Assembly: GCA_002952755.1 (NCBI GenBank) | Contig: CP025011.1 | Coordinates: forward strand, 120,001-152,000 | DNA: 32,000 nucleotides | Direction: 5' to 3' | From: Candidatus Saccharimonadota bacterium | GTDB lineage: Bacteria > Patescibacteriota > Saccharimonadia > Saccharimonadales > UBA4665 | In this document: piece after piece, positions 8,570-17,567 of the stretch | Layout: each line of letters starts with the position of its first letter | Position numbering within the stretch: position 1 is the stretch's first letter | Notes under the pieces: generated by a model | Seen by the model: the letters and a program-made list of their open reading frames with translations, nothing else | Database searches by the model: none | What the model was told of the DNA's origin: nothing | Position numbers and translations under genes: made by a program

Positions 8570-9154
8570 ATGACTGTGAATAGCGAGACGATGAAGATAA
8601 AGGCTGAAGAGCGCTCGGCAATGCTCGCTCAGCTAGCTGCCGACCAGGCCATCGAGGCTGCTGGCAAATTTTTAGGAAGGCATCGTGATTTAGTCGCTAC
8701 TGGAGTGGCGGCGATGATATTCAGCAGAGAACGTGACAGAGTTTACGATGAGACTATGACCGCCCGTATCGAGGGCAATCTCAATGATGACTATAGTCTT
8801 GCTCCAGGATTGGTGGTCTTCTTCACCCAAGCCGGCCATGACGTGCTATGCCAGGCGGCTGTGCGCGAAGCTCAAAAGGCTCCACATCTGGCGGCATACG
8901 CAGCAGCTCTACAGCCAACAGAAGATGGCACAGCTTACTGGTTGGATATGCCATTCGGTACTTATAGTATGGGTGGTGGCAGGGGTGGCTGTCGATTTTA
9001 TGGTGAAGTGGATATGGTAGAAGGTCGTGTAATAGGAGGAAGAGACCCCATAAACATGGGGTATGATGAAATTCTGCGCATAGAAGGGTATAGTGGCGAA
9101 TTTTGGCAAAATCGTAACTTTACACCGCAAGGTACACCGATAGAAAGCAGATGA
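8570..9154 (+). CDS. Hypothetical protein (194 aa)
   Basis: The ORF is long and has an AAGGA SD. I recognise no family. Confidence 0.6.
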   Translation: MTVNSETMKIKAEERSAMLAQLAADQAIEAAGKFLGRHRDLVATGVAAMIFSRERDRVYDETMTARIEGNLNDDYSLAPGLVVFFTQAGHDVLCQAAVREAQKAPHLAAYAAALQPTEDGTAYWLDMPFGTYSMGGGRGGCRFYGEVDMVEGRVIGGRDPINMGYDEILRIEGYSGEFWQNRNFTPQGTPIESR

Positions 9155-9162
9155 GAGTTTGA

Positions 9163-9194
9163 CTGCGGGGCGGCGTTAGAGCCTGCGGTTTTTT
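9163..9194 (+). terminator. Possible terminator (7-bp stem with G-U pairs plus a T6 run)
   Basis: The sequence is CTGCGGG...CCTGCGG followed by TTTTTT. Confidence 0.35.
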
Positions 9195-9269
9195 GGCGCA
9201 GCTATTCCTAGAGTGAGATGTTAGAACTCCTTACTCGAAGCTTGACGAATGACGTAGTACAATAAAGGC

Positions 9270-9896
9270 ATGTGGACCATAGCTGCGGCTTTTGTCGTGC
9301 TGTTAATTTTGATCTTTGCCGAATATTTGTCGCGGCGGGGTGTGCACTCTGAGTTGACACGAAAAATCGTGCATATGATGGTTGGGACGTTCGTGGCCTT
9401 TTGGCCATTTTTCTTAAGTTGGCGCCAGATACAGTTGATGAGTCTGGCGTTTTTGATTGTAGTTTTAGGTTCGCTCAAGCTCAATTTGTTTGAGGCTATT
9501 CATAGTGTCAAGCGGCACACGATGGGCGAAGTACTGTTTGCCTTGGTTATCGGCATGCTTGCGTTCATTGTCAGTAACAAATATGTCTTTGCGGCGGCTA
9601 TGTTGCATTTGAGCCTGGCGGATGGCTTTGCGGCGATTTTTGGTTTGGCATGGGGTGAAGGTAGCGCGTATAAAATCATGGGGCGCACTAAGAGTCTTGT
9701 GGGCAGTTTGGCTTTCTTTTTTACCTCTATGACAATAATGATCTGGTTTGCGGGGTTTAGTCACGTGTCCTACAGTGCGATTACCATCGTGTGGCTACCG
9801 CTTATCGCTACTGTGGCCGAGAACGTGTCGGGCGAAGGCACTGACAATATGGTTGTGCCGCTGTTGGTGGCACTCATGCTCAGCAGTTCCCTGTAG
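9270..9896 (+). CDS. Polytopic membrane protein of the polyprenol (dolichol/phytol) kinase / CDP-diglyceride synthase superfamily (COG0170-like)
   Basis: It has multiple TM helices, an LTRKIVHMMVG motif near the N-terminus and an LADGFAAIFGLAWG motif (GDxxAxxxG type). Confidence 0.6.
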   Translation: MWTIAAAFVVLLILIFAEYLSRRGVHSELTRKIVHMMVGTFVAFWPFFLSWRQIQLMSLAFLIVVLGSLKLNLFEAIHSVKRHTMGEVLFALVIGMLAFIVSNKYVFAAAMLHLSLADGFAAIFGLAWGEGSAYKIMGRTKSLVGSLAFFFTSMTIMIWFAGFSHVSYSAITIVWLPLIATVAENVSGEGTDNMVVPLLVALMLSSSL

Positions 9897-9922
9897 CGGG
9901 CAAGTAGATTATACTGAAGAGC

Positions 9923-10300
9923 ATGATGATTCTCGCGATGCTGTCGTGGTGGTATACCACGGGCTGGGCGCGTGTAGCGAAACGTGTTGGAATGCGGATT
10001 ACGGCGACACTCGAAACTTTTTCCGTAGGATTGCTCCTCGGTACACTATTTTCACCATTTCGCCAGATTAGTGCTGGAGCAGGGCGGGGCGGCTCGCTGG
10101 ATGTGCAGTTGAGAGCGTTTGGCGACCGACTCTTCTCGAGGGTCTTTGGCGCCCTTGTGCGTTCGCTGTTTGTACTTATCGGTTGTGTTGCCTCGCTGGT
10201 GGTTGCACTCTTCGGCTCGGTACTGCTGGTTGCTTGGCCGCTGATGCCCCTTACCCCTGTTATTGGTATTGGGTTGGCTGTAGCAGGGGTGCGCTTGTGA
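9923..10300 (+). CDS. Small membrane protein (125 aa, ~3 TM)
   Basis: It has hydrophobic segments and TATACT-N7-ATG upstream. Its TGA overlaps the GTG of the next gene (GTGA). Confidence 0.6.
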   Translation: MMILAMLSWWYTTGWARVAKRVGMRITATLETFSVGLLLGTLFSPFRQISAGAGRGGSLDVQLRAFGDRLFSRVFGALVRSLFVLIGCVASLVVALFGSVLLVAWPLMPLTPVIGIGLAVAGVRL

Positions 10301-12711
10301 ATAATCAGCCTTTTTATAACTACCGGAGCAAGCGTTCACAGCAGGCTCGTATCGCGCAGCGTCTTGGGCGAAGCCAGGTGTATCAGCTGCTTATCGCAAC
10401 TGGTCTGATACTCGCTGCAGCACCGGTAGCACTGATAATCCTGTGGCACATGCCGCTATTGTGGATCGTTGCCGGTTTTGTCGGGCCACTGTGGGTGGCG
10501 GCGGCTTGGAGTCACAGTCTACGCGAATTGCCGCCGAATCCAACTGTCCAGACAATTGACGATATGCTTGCGGTGGAGATACTCGGCGTTCTGCCGGAGA
10601 ACCACACGCCGCATCAGCTAGCCCAGATTGTGATGAATAGTGGCGGTGGCAGGTTCTTTGCGGCACGATTTGGCTTGGGCCCAGATTTCCTTAGCTCGCT
10701 TGTGAGCAACCAGCCGGGAGATAGTGTCCGGGTATGGAATGAGGCAAGCGCTCTCAGTAGCCAGTTGCACGTATCGACAATTGATGCGTCTATTCTGACT
10801 GCTGCCTTAATTCGCACCATCCCTGGTGTTGACCAGTATCTGGCCCAAGGGCGACTTGGCGCAGACGATATTGTTGCCGGTGCTGAGTGGTATAAGCATT
10901 TACAGGAAGTCATTGCCGCCTCCAAAAAACGAGGTCACGACGGCGGTATTGGCCGCGATTGGGCCTTTGGCTTCACGCCCATCCTGGAGCGATTCGGTTA
11001 TAACATCAGTATGCATATCCATACCAAAGGCGTGCTGCAGTATGATTTGCCGAGTCGCAGTGCGCTTGCTCAGCAAATGACCCATCTATTGGCACAGGGT
11101 GGCCGGCGGAATGTGGCGCTGGTTGGGGGCTTAGGAAGTGGCAAGACGTCGGTGGTACATGCGCTGGCAAAAAAACTACTCGAGGCCAACCCGAGTATTC
11201 CACGCGAGCTGCACTATCATCAGATTGTCGCGCTCGACCCTTCCACGCTTATTGCTCAGTCGCCTGGACGGGGCGAGTTGGAGTCGCTGGTGCAGCGCCT
11301 TTGCTATGAGGCGCTGCAAGCCAAGAATATTATTTTGTTCTTGGACGATGCCCAGTTATTTTTTGAAGATGGTAACGGCGCAGTAAACCTGAGCAATGTA
11401 CTGCTGCCGATCCTTGAGGGCGGCGCGCTGCGTATCATTTTAGCCATGGATGAACAGCGTTGGCTACGCATTGCCCAGGGAAATGCGGCACTCACGCAGT
11501 ACATGAACCGGTTAGTAGTGCCGCCTACCGACGAACACGAAACGATGCTCATTCTGGAAGATCAATTGCTGTTATTTGAGTACCATCAAAAAGTTACTTA
11601 CACCTACCAGGCGGTCGAAGCGGTGTATGGCTTAAGTAGCCGCTATTTGAGTGAGCAAGTGATGCCCGGTCGTGCTCTCAAGTTGCTCGAAAGTGCAGCC
11701 AACTGCTCAGAGCAGGGGCTAGTCACCCACCGATCGGTCGAGCAGGCCATTGAACAAACCCAAGGAGTTAAAGTAGGCACTGCTGATAGTGCCAGTGAGC
11801 GCCAGACATTGCTCAATCTGGAAGAATTGATCCATAAGCGTATGATCAATCAAACGCGCGCCGTGCAAGTAGTGAGTGATGCGCTGCGCCGGGCCCGGGC
11901 TGGTGTGCGCGAATCGGCGCGGCCCATTGGCACTTTTTTGTTCCTTGGCCCTACTGGTGTTGGTAAAACGGAGCTGGCTAAAAGTGTGGCAGCGGTGTTC
12001 TTTGGCGGCGAAGAGCATTTGGTACGGCTCGATCTCAATGAATATTCCACTCCCGGCGACGTTTCAAGGCTCATTGCTGACGCTGCTCAAGACCAAAACA
12101 GCCTTACTGCGCAGATCAGTCGCAACCCCTTCAGTGTGGTGTTGCTCGACGAGATCGAGAAGGCCCATCCGGCAGTGCTCAATACTTTGCTGCAGCTGCT
12201 TGACGAGGGCATCTTGCGTGATATTAACAATCGTACGGTGTCATTCCGTGACGCCGTTATCGTCGCTACGAGCAATGCCGGGGCAGATCGCATTCGCGCT
12301 CATATCGAGGCCGGTCAGGAACTTGACCAGTTTGAGGAGCAGTTTACTAATGAGCTGATTAACGCCAACGTCTTCCGGCCCGAATTTTTGAACCGTTTTG
12401 ACGAGATCGTATTGTTCCGTCCCCTTAAGCCCGAAGAATTATTGCAAGTCGTCGATCTTATTCTGCAGGGCCTCAACAAAAATTTGGCTGCTCAAAAAGT
12501 TACCGTTGCGGTTGATCAAGATGCCAGACAGCTGTTGGTGCAAGCTGGCTTCGATCCGCGTCTTGGTGCGAGGCCGATGCGCCGCATGGTACAGCGGGTG
12601 GTAGAAAACATCGTGTCCAATCAGTTGCTGAGCGGCCAGGTAGGTCCTGGCGGGCAAGTCCATATAACCGCTGGCGACGTACAGATTATGCTGCAGCGGG
12701 GCAGGCAATGA
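10297..12711 (+). CDS. Clp/Hsp100-family double AAA+ ATPase with an N-terminal two-TM anchor
   Basis: D1 Walker A is GGLGSGKTS. D2 Walker A is GPTGVGKTELAK and D2 Walker B is VVLLDEIEKAHP, followed by TSNAG and RPEFLNRFDEIV motifs. A Clp-N-like repeat is present (ILTAALIRTIPGVDQYLA). Two hydrophobic helices lie at about aa 28-70. The start is taken as the GTG at 10297 because the track start at 10183 would overlap the upstream gene by 118 nt. Confidence 0.8.
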   Translation: MNNQPFYNYRSKRSQQARIAQRLGRSQVYQLLIATGLILAAAPVALIILWHMPLLWIVAGFVGPLWVAAAWSHSLRELPPNPTVQTIDDMLAVEILGVLPENHTPHQLAQIVMNSGGGRFFAARFGLGPDFLSSLVSNQPGDSVRVWNEASALSSQLHVSTIDASILTAALIRTIPGVDQYLAQGRLGADDIVAGAEWYKHLQEVIAASKKRGHDGGIGRDWAFGFTPILERFGYNISMHIHTKGVLQYDLPSRSALAQQMTHLLAQGGRRNVALVGGLGSGKTSVVHALAKKLLEANPSIPRELHYHQIVALDPSTLIAQSPGRGELESLVQRLCYEALQAKNIILFLDDAQLFFEDGNGAVNLSNVLLPILEGGALRIILAMDEQRWLRIAQGNAALTQYMNRLVVPPTDEHETMLILEDQLLLFEYHQKVTYTYQAVEAVYGLSSRYLSEQVMPGRALKLLESAANCSEQGLVTHRSVEQAIEQTQGVKVGTADSASERQTLLNLEELIHKRMINQTRAVQVVSDALRRARAGVRESARPIGTFLFLGPTGVGKTELAKSVAAVFFGGEEHLVRLDLNEYSTPGDVSRLIADAAQDQNSLTAQISRNPFSVVLLDEIEKAHPAVLNTLLQLLDEGILRDINNRTVSFRDAVIVATSNAGADRIRAHIEAGQELDQFEEQFTNELINANVFRPEFLNRFDEIVLFRPLKPEELLQVVDLILQGLNKNLAAQKVTVAVDQDARQLLVQAGFDPRLGARPMRRMVQRVVENIVSNQLLSGQVGPGGQVHITAGDVQIMLQRGRQ

Positions 12712-13181
12712 GTGATGCGCCTGAACGTTTCAAGCTGCCTGCAACCGCCATATTGTTGCTGGTGCGGGATGATCACATCCTCCTCTGCCGCCGCAAAGAT
12801 ACCGGCTGGGAAGACGGCAAATATGGCTTTATGGCTGGGCATATCGACGGCAATGAGTCGTTCACTGCCGCTTTGTGCCGCGAAGCGAAAGAAGAATTGG
12901 GTGTTATTGTTAAACCGTCTGATGTCCGGTTTGTACACTTGCAACATCACTTGAGCAACAAAGAATATATCTATGTCTACTTTGTAGCCAGTAAGTGGGA
13001 GGGCGAGCCCAAGGTTAACGAGCCCGAGAAGTGTGATGATGTGCGCTGGTTCACATTCGACAAGTTGCCGCCGGACCTGTGGGCAACACAGCTCTCATCA
13101 TCGACAACTACCGAAAAGGTTTGCTCTATTCAGAAGACGGTTTTTAGATTCAGCTTGTATTCTGGCACTAAGCCCTCTTAG
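12708..13181 (+). CDS. Nudix hydrolase
   Basis: The Nudix box is GHIDGNESFTAALCREAKEELGV. The start overlaps the Clp gene stop (ATGA). Confidence 0.85.
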   Translation: MSDAPERFKLPATAILLLVRDDHILLCRRKDTGWEDGKYGFMAGHIDGNESFTAALCREAKEELGVIVKPSDVRFVHLQHHLSNKEYIYVYFVASKWEGEPKVNEPEKCDDVRWFTFDKLPPDLWATQLSSSTTTEKVCSIQKTVFRFSLYSGTKPS

Positions 13182-15006
13182 CATTACCGTGCGCGCGAAG
13201 AGCGTTGAAGATGACGACGACGTCAACGAGTTCCTGAATAGCGGCGCCAGCAACCGGTGGAAATTTGCCGGTAGCAAAAATGCACATTAAAGCGACGCTA
13301 AGCCCAATGCCCACCAGGATGCTCTGCTTGGCGATAGTGAGAGTGTGTTTGGCGATCGTAACTCCTTCGGCCACATGTCGCAGGTCGTCGAGCAGGATCA
13401 CCACGTCAGCCGATTCGCTCGCCGCAGCAGCGCCCCGGGCACCTAAGGCAATGCCAATATCGCTCGCTGTGAGCACTGGCGCGTCATTGACGCCGTCCCC
13501 CACAAACACCACTGGACGACGTGTGATGTGCTCGATAGCGTGAATTTTGTCGGCAGGCAGCGCATTGGCGACGACTTGCTTAATCCCGAGTTGCTTGGCA
13601 ATACGCTTGGCGGTTCGTTCGTTATCGCCGGTAACCATCATGAAGTCAGTGATGCCGGCGGTGCGGAGTATGCTGAGCGTTTTTTTGCTCTCCGGACGTA
13701 GCTCGTCGGCAAAGGTTATAACACCGGCAAGCTCGCCATCGATACCGACATATGCTGCGGTCTGGTCATGAGTGCTGGCTTGGAATGCTTTTGGCAAATC
13801 AAAATTATATTCCTCGATCAGACTCAGCCGGCCAACCATAACCTCTTGTTTGCGGCTGAGTGCCACAATGCCTCTGCCTGCCAGTTCGCGGACATTTTTG
13901 GTGGTCGACAGTTTGGCATGCTGAGCCTTCGCGTAGGCAACGATTGCCTGAGCTTGAGCGTGATTGGAGTGCTGCTCGAGGCTGGCCGCCATACCGATAA
14001 TATCGGCGCGTTTGAAGCCATGATAGGTAGTGACTTTTTCAACCTTGAGCTGACCTAGAGTGAGCGTCCCGGTTTTATCAAAAGCAAACGTACGTGCTGC
14101 TGCCAGTTGTTCCAATGCACCACCGGTCTTGACGATGATACCCTGCTTGGCGCTCCGGCTCATACCCGAGATGATGGCAATCGGCGCGGCTAAGATCAGC
14201 GGACAAGGGGTGGCGACGACAATAACTTCCAGAAAACGCAGCCCTTGGCCGCTGATTTGCCAAGCTGCAATGGCGATAGCAAACGAAATGACGGTAAAGG
14301 GTACGGCGTAGCGGTCGGCCAACCGTACGAATGGTGCCTGGGAATGCTGTGCGGAACGCACCAGTTTAATTATCTGCTGATACTGGCTATCTTCGGCAGC
14401 ACGGAGGGCTTTGGCGCTCACAACGCCGTCGAGGTTAACTGTGCCGCTGAGCAACTCGTCGCCGGCCTGCTTATCTTGAGGGAGGCTTTCGCCCGTAAGA
14501 CTCGATTCGTCAAAATTAGCTGCACCTTCTAGGATAACAGCGTCGGCGGGCACTAGCTCGCCGGCTCGGATAACCAGCGTATCGCCCGTTTTCACCTCGC
14601 TGGCCGGTATGTTCACTTCCTTGCGGCCACGGAGTACGCGGGCTTGTTGAGGTGCGCGGGCAAGCAAGGCGGTAAGCTCACGCTCGGCCCGATGTTCGGC
14701 GTAATCTTCGAGGCCGGCGCCGCCAGTGAGCATCAATACGATAACAACCGCCGCCCAGTATTGCTGAAACAACACCGAGCTGATAATCGCCGTCGCCGCC
14801 AAAATATCCACGCCGTATTTGCCATCCCGCAGATCTTGCCACATGCCCCATAGGAGGGGCATCAGCTCGGCAACAGAGGCGATTATTAAGATCAGATGCG
14901 AAGCAATACGCCAACCGGCAATCTGACAAGCTAGCGCAGCAATAGCTGAGGCAAAGGCGGTGCAAAAAAGGTAATAGTGGCGAATGAGAGCAAGTAGTTT
15001 TTTCAT
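13168..15006 (-). CDS. P1B-type heavy-metal-translocating ATPase with a TPCP transmembrane motif and no N-terminal metal-binding domain
   Basis: It has FDKTGTLT, MVTGDN and GDGVNDAP motifs, with ATPCPLILAAP in the TM helix preceding the phosphorylation site. The protein is 612 aa with no CxxC at the N-terminus. Confidence 0.88.
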   Translation of the reverse strand: MKKLLALIRHYYLFCTAFASAIAALACQIAGWRIASHLILIIASVAELMPLLWGMWQDLRDGKYGVDILAATAIISSVLFQQYWAAVVIVLMLTGGAGLEDYAEHRAERELTALLARAPQQARVLRGRKEVNIPASEVKTGDTLVIRAGELVPADAVILEGAANFDESSLTGESLPQDKQAGDELLSGTVNLDGVVSAKALRAAEDSQYQQIIKLVRSAQHSQAPFVRLADRYAVPFTVISFAIAIAAWQISGQGLRFLEVIVVATPCPLILAAPIAIISGMSRSAKQGIIVKTGGALEQLAAARTFAFDKTGTLTLGQLKVEKVTTYHGFKRADIIGMAASLEQHSNHAQAQAIVAYAKAQHAKLSTTKNVRELAGRGIVALSRKQEVMVGRLSLIEEYNFDLPKAFQASTHDQTAAYVGIDGELAGVITFADELRPESKKTLSILRTAGITDFMMVTGDNERTAKRIAKQLGIKQVVANALPADKIHAIEHITRRPVVFVGDGVNDAPVLTASDIGIALGARGAAAASESADVVILLDDLRHVAEGVTIAKHTLTIAKQSILVGIGLSVALMCIFATGKFPPVAGAAIQELVDVVVIFNALRAHGNAKRA

Positions 15007-15014
15007 TACTTAAC

Positions 15015-15023
15015 AGTATAGCA
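15015..15023 (-). promoter_or_regulatory. Extended -10 promoter (TGcTATACT) 8 nt upstream of the ATPase ATG; no SD, so likely leaderless
   Basis: The minus strand reads CTTGCTATACTGTTAAGTAATG. Confidence 0.45.
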
Positions 15024-15096
15024 AGAGAATAATCCTTTGGTGGCTGTCATCGACAGCTGAGGTTGGCGGGCGAGACGACGTGCCACCGCCAGTTAG

Positions 15097-15105
15097 TGGT
15101 ATAAT
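15097..15105 (+). promoter_or_regulatory. Extended -10 promoter (TGgTATAAT) for the 15129 gene
   Basis: The motif was read directly and is followed by an AGGAAG SD and the ATG at 15129. Confidence 0.55.
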
Positions 15106-15128
15106 TACGTTTTAGGAAGTGAGCGACA

Positions 15129-15770
15129 ATGACTACTGGGAAAGAAAAATTAGTTAACGGCGCTATAGTTGTCGCGATGGCAGCCAGTACTTTTCTGATA
15201 CATAAGGTAGTCGATCATCCGGAACGTCCTACATCTCCCAAGATGACATCAACGCCAACTCCCTCGACCAACGAAACGAGTAAGGGTACGATTGGCCGAC
15301 TGCCCACCGCCGAAGATAGGCGCGTGAAAGCCCTTGGCGTGGCTGTGTTGAGTGAATGGGGGGCTGCAGGTGTATCATCGAGTACAGGGGAGGCGCCTGA
15401 CCCTATCTTCCCTGCTGTCATGAATACTACCAAGAGCGTCAAGTTTACAACTAAGGGTGTAGATACAACATTCACTGTATACGAACGCCCGCAGCACGGC
15501 CTTCATGGCACTATTGTGCAGAGTTTTATAACAGAAGTAGATATGTTGAGCAGCACGGGGAATAAGACCTCTTTTAAGGCCGACGATAAAGATCCTTTCA
15601 ACATAACCTGGAATGGATATGAAAACGGCGGCCCAGCTATCAACGACGCACTAGATCCGAAAGACTTTGATCGGCTACTTACCGCGGCAGAATCTAGCTT
15701 TACTCCTGATATGATTCCGACACTTGGCAAGTCCGGCTTGAATCTTGTTGAGTCGTACTTAGCCGGGTAA
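15129..15770 (+). CDS. Hypothetical membrane-anchored/secreted protein (213 aa)
   Basis: It has an N-terminal TM segment (LVNGAIVVAMAASTFLI) and a Pro/Thr/Ser linker. A promoter, an SD and a terminator are all present. Confidence 0.65.
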   Translation: MTTGKEKLVNGAIVVAMAASTFLIHKVVDHPERPTSPKMTSTPTPSTNETSKGTIGRLPTAEDRRVKALGVAVLSEWGAAGVSSSTGEAPDPIFPAVMNTTKSVKFTTKGVDTTFTVYERPQHGLHGTIVQSFITEVDMLSSTGNKTSFKADDKDPFNITWNGYENGGPAINDALDPKDFDRLLTAAESSFTPDMIPTLGKSGLNLVESYLAG

Positions 15771-15819
15771 TAGTTTCTCCTATCTGCTGTCGAGCCCCGC
15801 CTAGCCCCGATGAGTACTC

Positions 15820-15850
15820 CCTCTAAACAGCGCCGTTTGGAGGCTTTTCT
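15820..15850 (+). terminator. Rho-independent terminator
   Basis: A 9-bp stem CCTCTAAAC / GTTTGGAGG (one G-U pair) with loop AGCGCC is followed by CTTTTCT. Confidence 0.55.
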
Positions 15851-15880
15851 GTAAGTGTGCTGCAAGCGTATCATAAAAGC

Positions 15881-16741
15881 ATGAGCGCCTTTATAGCACT
15901 TCGTGGCAAGCTGGTTGTGGTTGGCAAGAGTCCCGATGGAGACTCGATGCGATTTGTGGCCGGTACTCCGCAGGATTTTGCCAAGCTAGCATTCGCCCAT
16001 CGGTTGCGTATGAGTGTAGATGGCAGCGTACAACTTAGATTCGAAGCGATCGATGCGCCTGAAACGCATTACGAGCATTTGGCTCAACCACTCGGCGATC
16101 AAGCGCGTGATGCGCTGCTTAAGTTGGCCGGCTTTTCGCACATTACCTTTACAAAGGAAACGGTACAATCGGCCACGCCTCTGGAGATTCCAGCGGTGAT
16201 CGTCGCAAAGATGATCGAGGTTAATGGCCGGCCCGTGGCATATATTTTTACAGGTAGCGAGCCTAACCTTCATGACGGCCAGCCTGTTACTGCATTAGAG
16301 TCATTTCTACCCAGGTCCCTCAACATGCATATGCTCGACAACGGCCTTGCTTACCTCACGCTCTACACCTCAACCCTGCCAACACATCGTGCCATATGTG
16401 TGCAACATGCGCAGGCCGCGCGCAGCAAACGAATCGGGGTGTGGGCAAAAGACACAACCAAGCATTTTACGCTTGCAAATCAGCAATCAATTGGGCCAGC
16501 GGGCGAACTCGTCTTACCTAAGATTTTCCGTCGCTGCAGCGATTATCTTCGTGCCCAACAAGGAGGTTTTGCCGGGAATTTAGCTGAGTGGCTCATCTCG
16601 ACAAGCCAGAGCGCCCACAACGAGAACGACCTGCTAGAGCTACTGGGAAAGACGCTGCGGTTGAGCGATATCATCACCGAGCAAGGCGATACAGTGCAGG
16701 TGGCCGGTGATACGCTCGACATGATTTTCGTCGAGAAGTAA
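15881..16741 (+). CDS. Staphylococcal-nuclease (thermonuclease, SNase)-like domain protein
   Basis: The pattern DGDSMRFV...VQLRFEAIDAPET is characteristic of the SNase fold (DGDT..RL.GIDAPE). The track start at 15857 is GTG. The ATG at 15881 is preceded by TATCAT-N6. Confidence 0.6.
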   Translation: MSAFIALRGKLVVVGKSPDGDSMRFVAGTPQDFAKLAFAHRLRMSVDGSVQLRFEAIDAPETHYEHLAQPLGDQARDALLKLAGFSHITFTKETVQSATPLEIPAVIVAKMIEVNGRPVAYIFTGSEPNLHDGQPVTALESFLPRSLNMHMLDNGLAYLTLYTSTLPTHRAICVQHAQAARSKRIGVWAKDTTKHFTLANQQSIGPAGELVLPKIFRRCSDYLRAQQGGFAGNLAEWLISTSQSAHNENDLLELLGKTLRLSDIITEQGDTVQVAGDTLDMIFVEK

Positions 16742-16746
16742 AATAG

Positions 16747-17373
16747 CTAAACGTTTCGTAACATTGAAATATCGAATGGCCGATCAGTTGCCACTGTAAT
16801 TACACGCTGCCCATTTTCTATAAGTATGTCCTGGAGTTCTTTGCTTGCTTGTATACGGTGGAACGACGCCTCGAGATTTACCGGGTCGAAATGAGCCAGT
16901 TCGCCTCGCCCACTCACCCTTTCTTGCAGTAATCGCGCCTGCGCCCAATCATCGAGCGTATCTGATACTTGGCAGTAGACATGTACCATCCCGTTATGGG
17001 GGAGTCTGGCAATTGTGGCCAACTCAGGATAGCGTTGTCGCATTTTATGTTTACCTGCTTGCGCATCGGGTAAGGCCCGCAAGTAATCATGGATGAGTGT
17101 TTTATGGAGCGGGTTGGAGTCGATAATAACCGAACTGTGTAATTTTTCCAGTGAACGTGCCAGCTCATGCACTCGCCGTATTTTTTCTAGAAAGTGTTCG
17201 TCTTTTTCAATCGAGGTATCGTCGATGCCTTGGGACAATAGCTCGTTATGCCAAGTCTGGTCAGGCCATGACGCGACGTTGGTGCCGCTAAATATCACCC
17301 AATCGTCAGATTGTAGAGCCCTTGCTATCGTGCTTTTGCCTACGCCATCCGGTCCAAAGAGTGAAATGATCAT
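16747..17373 (-). CDS. P-loop NTPase, (deoxy)nucleoside/nucleotide kinase-like
   Basis: The N-terminal Walker A is MIISLFGPDGVGKSTIARAL and the size (208 aa) is kinase-like. TATACT-N7-ATG lies upstream. Confidence 0.5.
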   Translation of the reverse strand: MIISLFGPDGVGKSTIARALQSDDWVIFSGTNVASWPDQTWHNELLSQGIDDTSIEKDEHFLEKIRRVHELARSLEKLHSSVIIDSNPLHKTLIHDYLRALPDAQAGKHKMRQRYPELATIARLPHNGMVHVYCQVSDTLDDWAQARLLQERVSGRGELAHFDPVNLEASFHRIQASKELQDILIENGQRVITVATDRPFDISMLRNV

Positions 17374-17392
17374 AATCTTTAGTATAGGTCAT

Positions 17393-17422
17393 AAAAAGAC
17401 TCCCGCCATGAGGAGTCTTTTT
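17393..17422 (-). terminator. Bidirectional stem-loop terminator downstream of tRNA-His
   Basis: The sequence AAAAAGACTCC-(8 nt loop)-GGAGTCTTTTT has A and T runs on both sides. Confidence 0.65.
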
Positions 17423-17436
17423 GGAAAAGTCATTTT

Positions 17437-17514
17437 TGGGGCGAGCTATGGGTCTCGAACCCACGACCTTCGGAGCCACAACCCGACGCTCTAACCAACT
17501 GAGCTAAGCTCGCC
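17437..17514 (-). tRNA. tRNA-His (anticodon GTG) with encoded G-1 and CCA
   Basis: The reverse complement is G-GCGAGCT-TA-GCTC-AGTTGGTTA-GAGC-G-TCGGG-TTGTGGC-TCCGA-AGGTC-GTGGG-TTCGAGA-CCCAT-AGCTCGC-C-CCA. G-1 sits opposite C73, which is the His identity signature. Confidence 0.9.
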
Positions 17515-17567
17515 ATAAAATAACAGATTCACTTTACCAGTTTCAGTCTAAAAAATCCAGCTGTTAG

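Noticed and set aside
10183-10296. An upstream extension of the Clp-type ATPase ORF begins at the track start of 10183.
   Set aside because: It would overlap the preceding membrane-protein gene by 118 nt and encode a Cys/Trp/Gly-rich, non-protein-like peptide. The GTG at 10297 forms a GTGA stop/start overlap.
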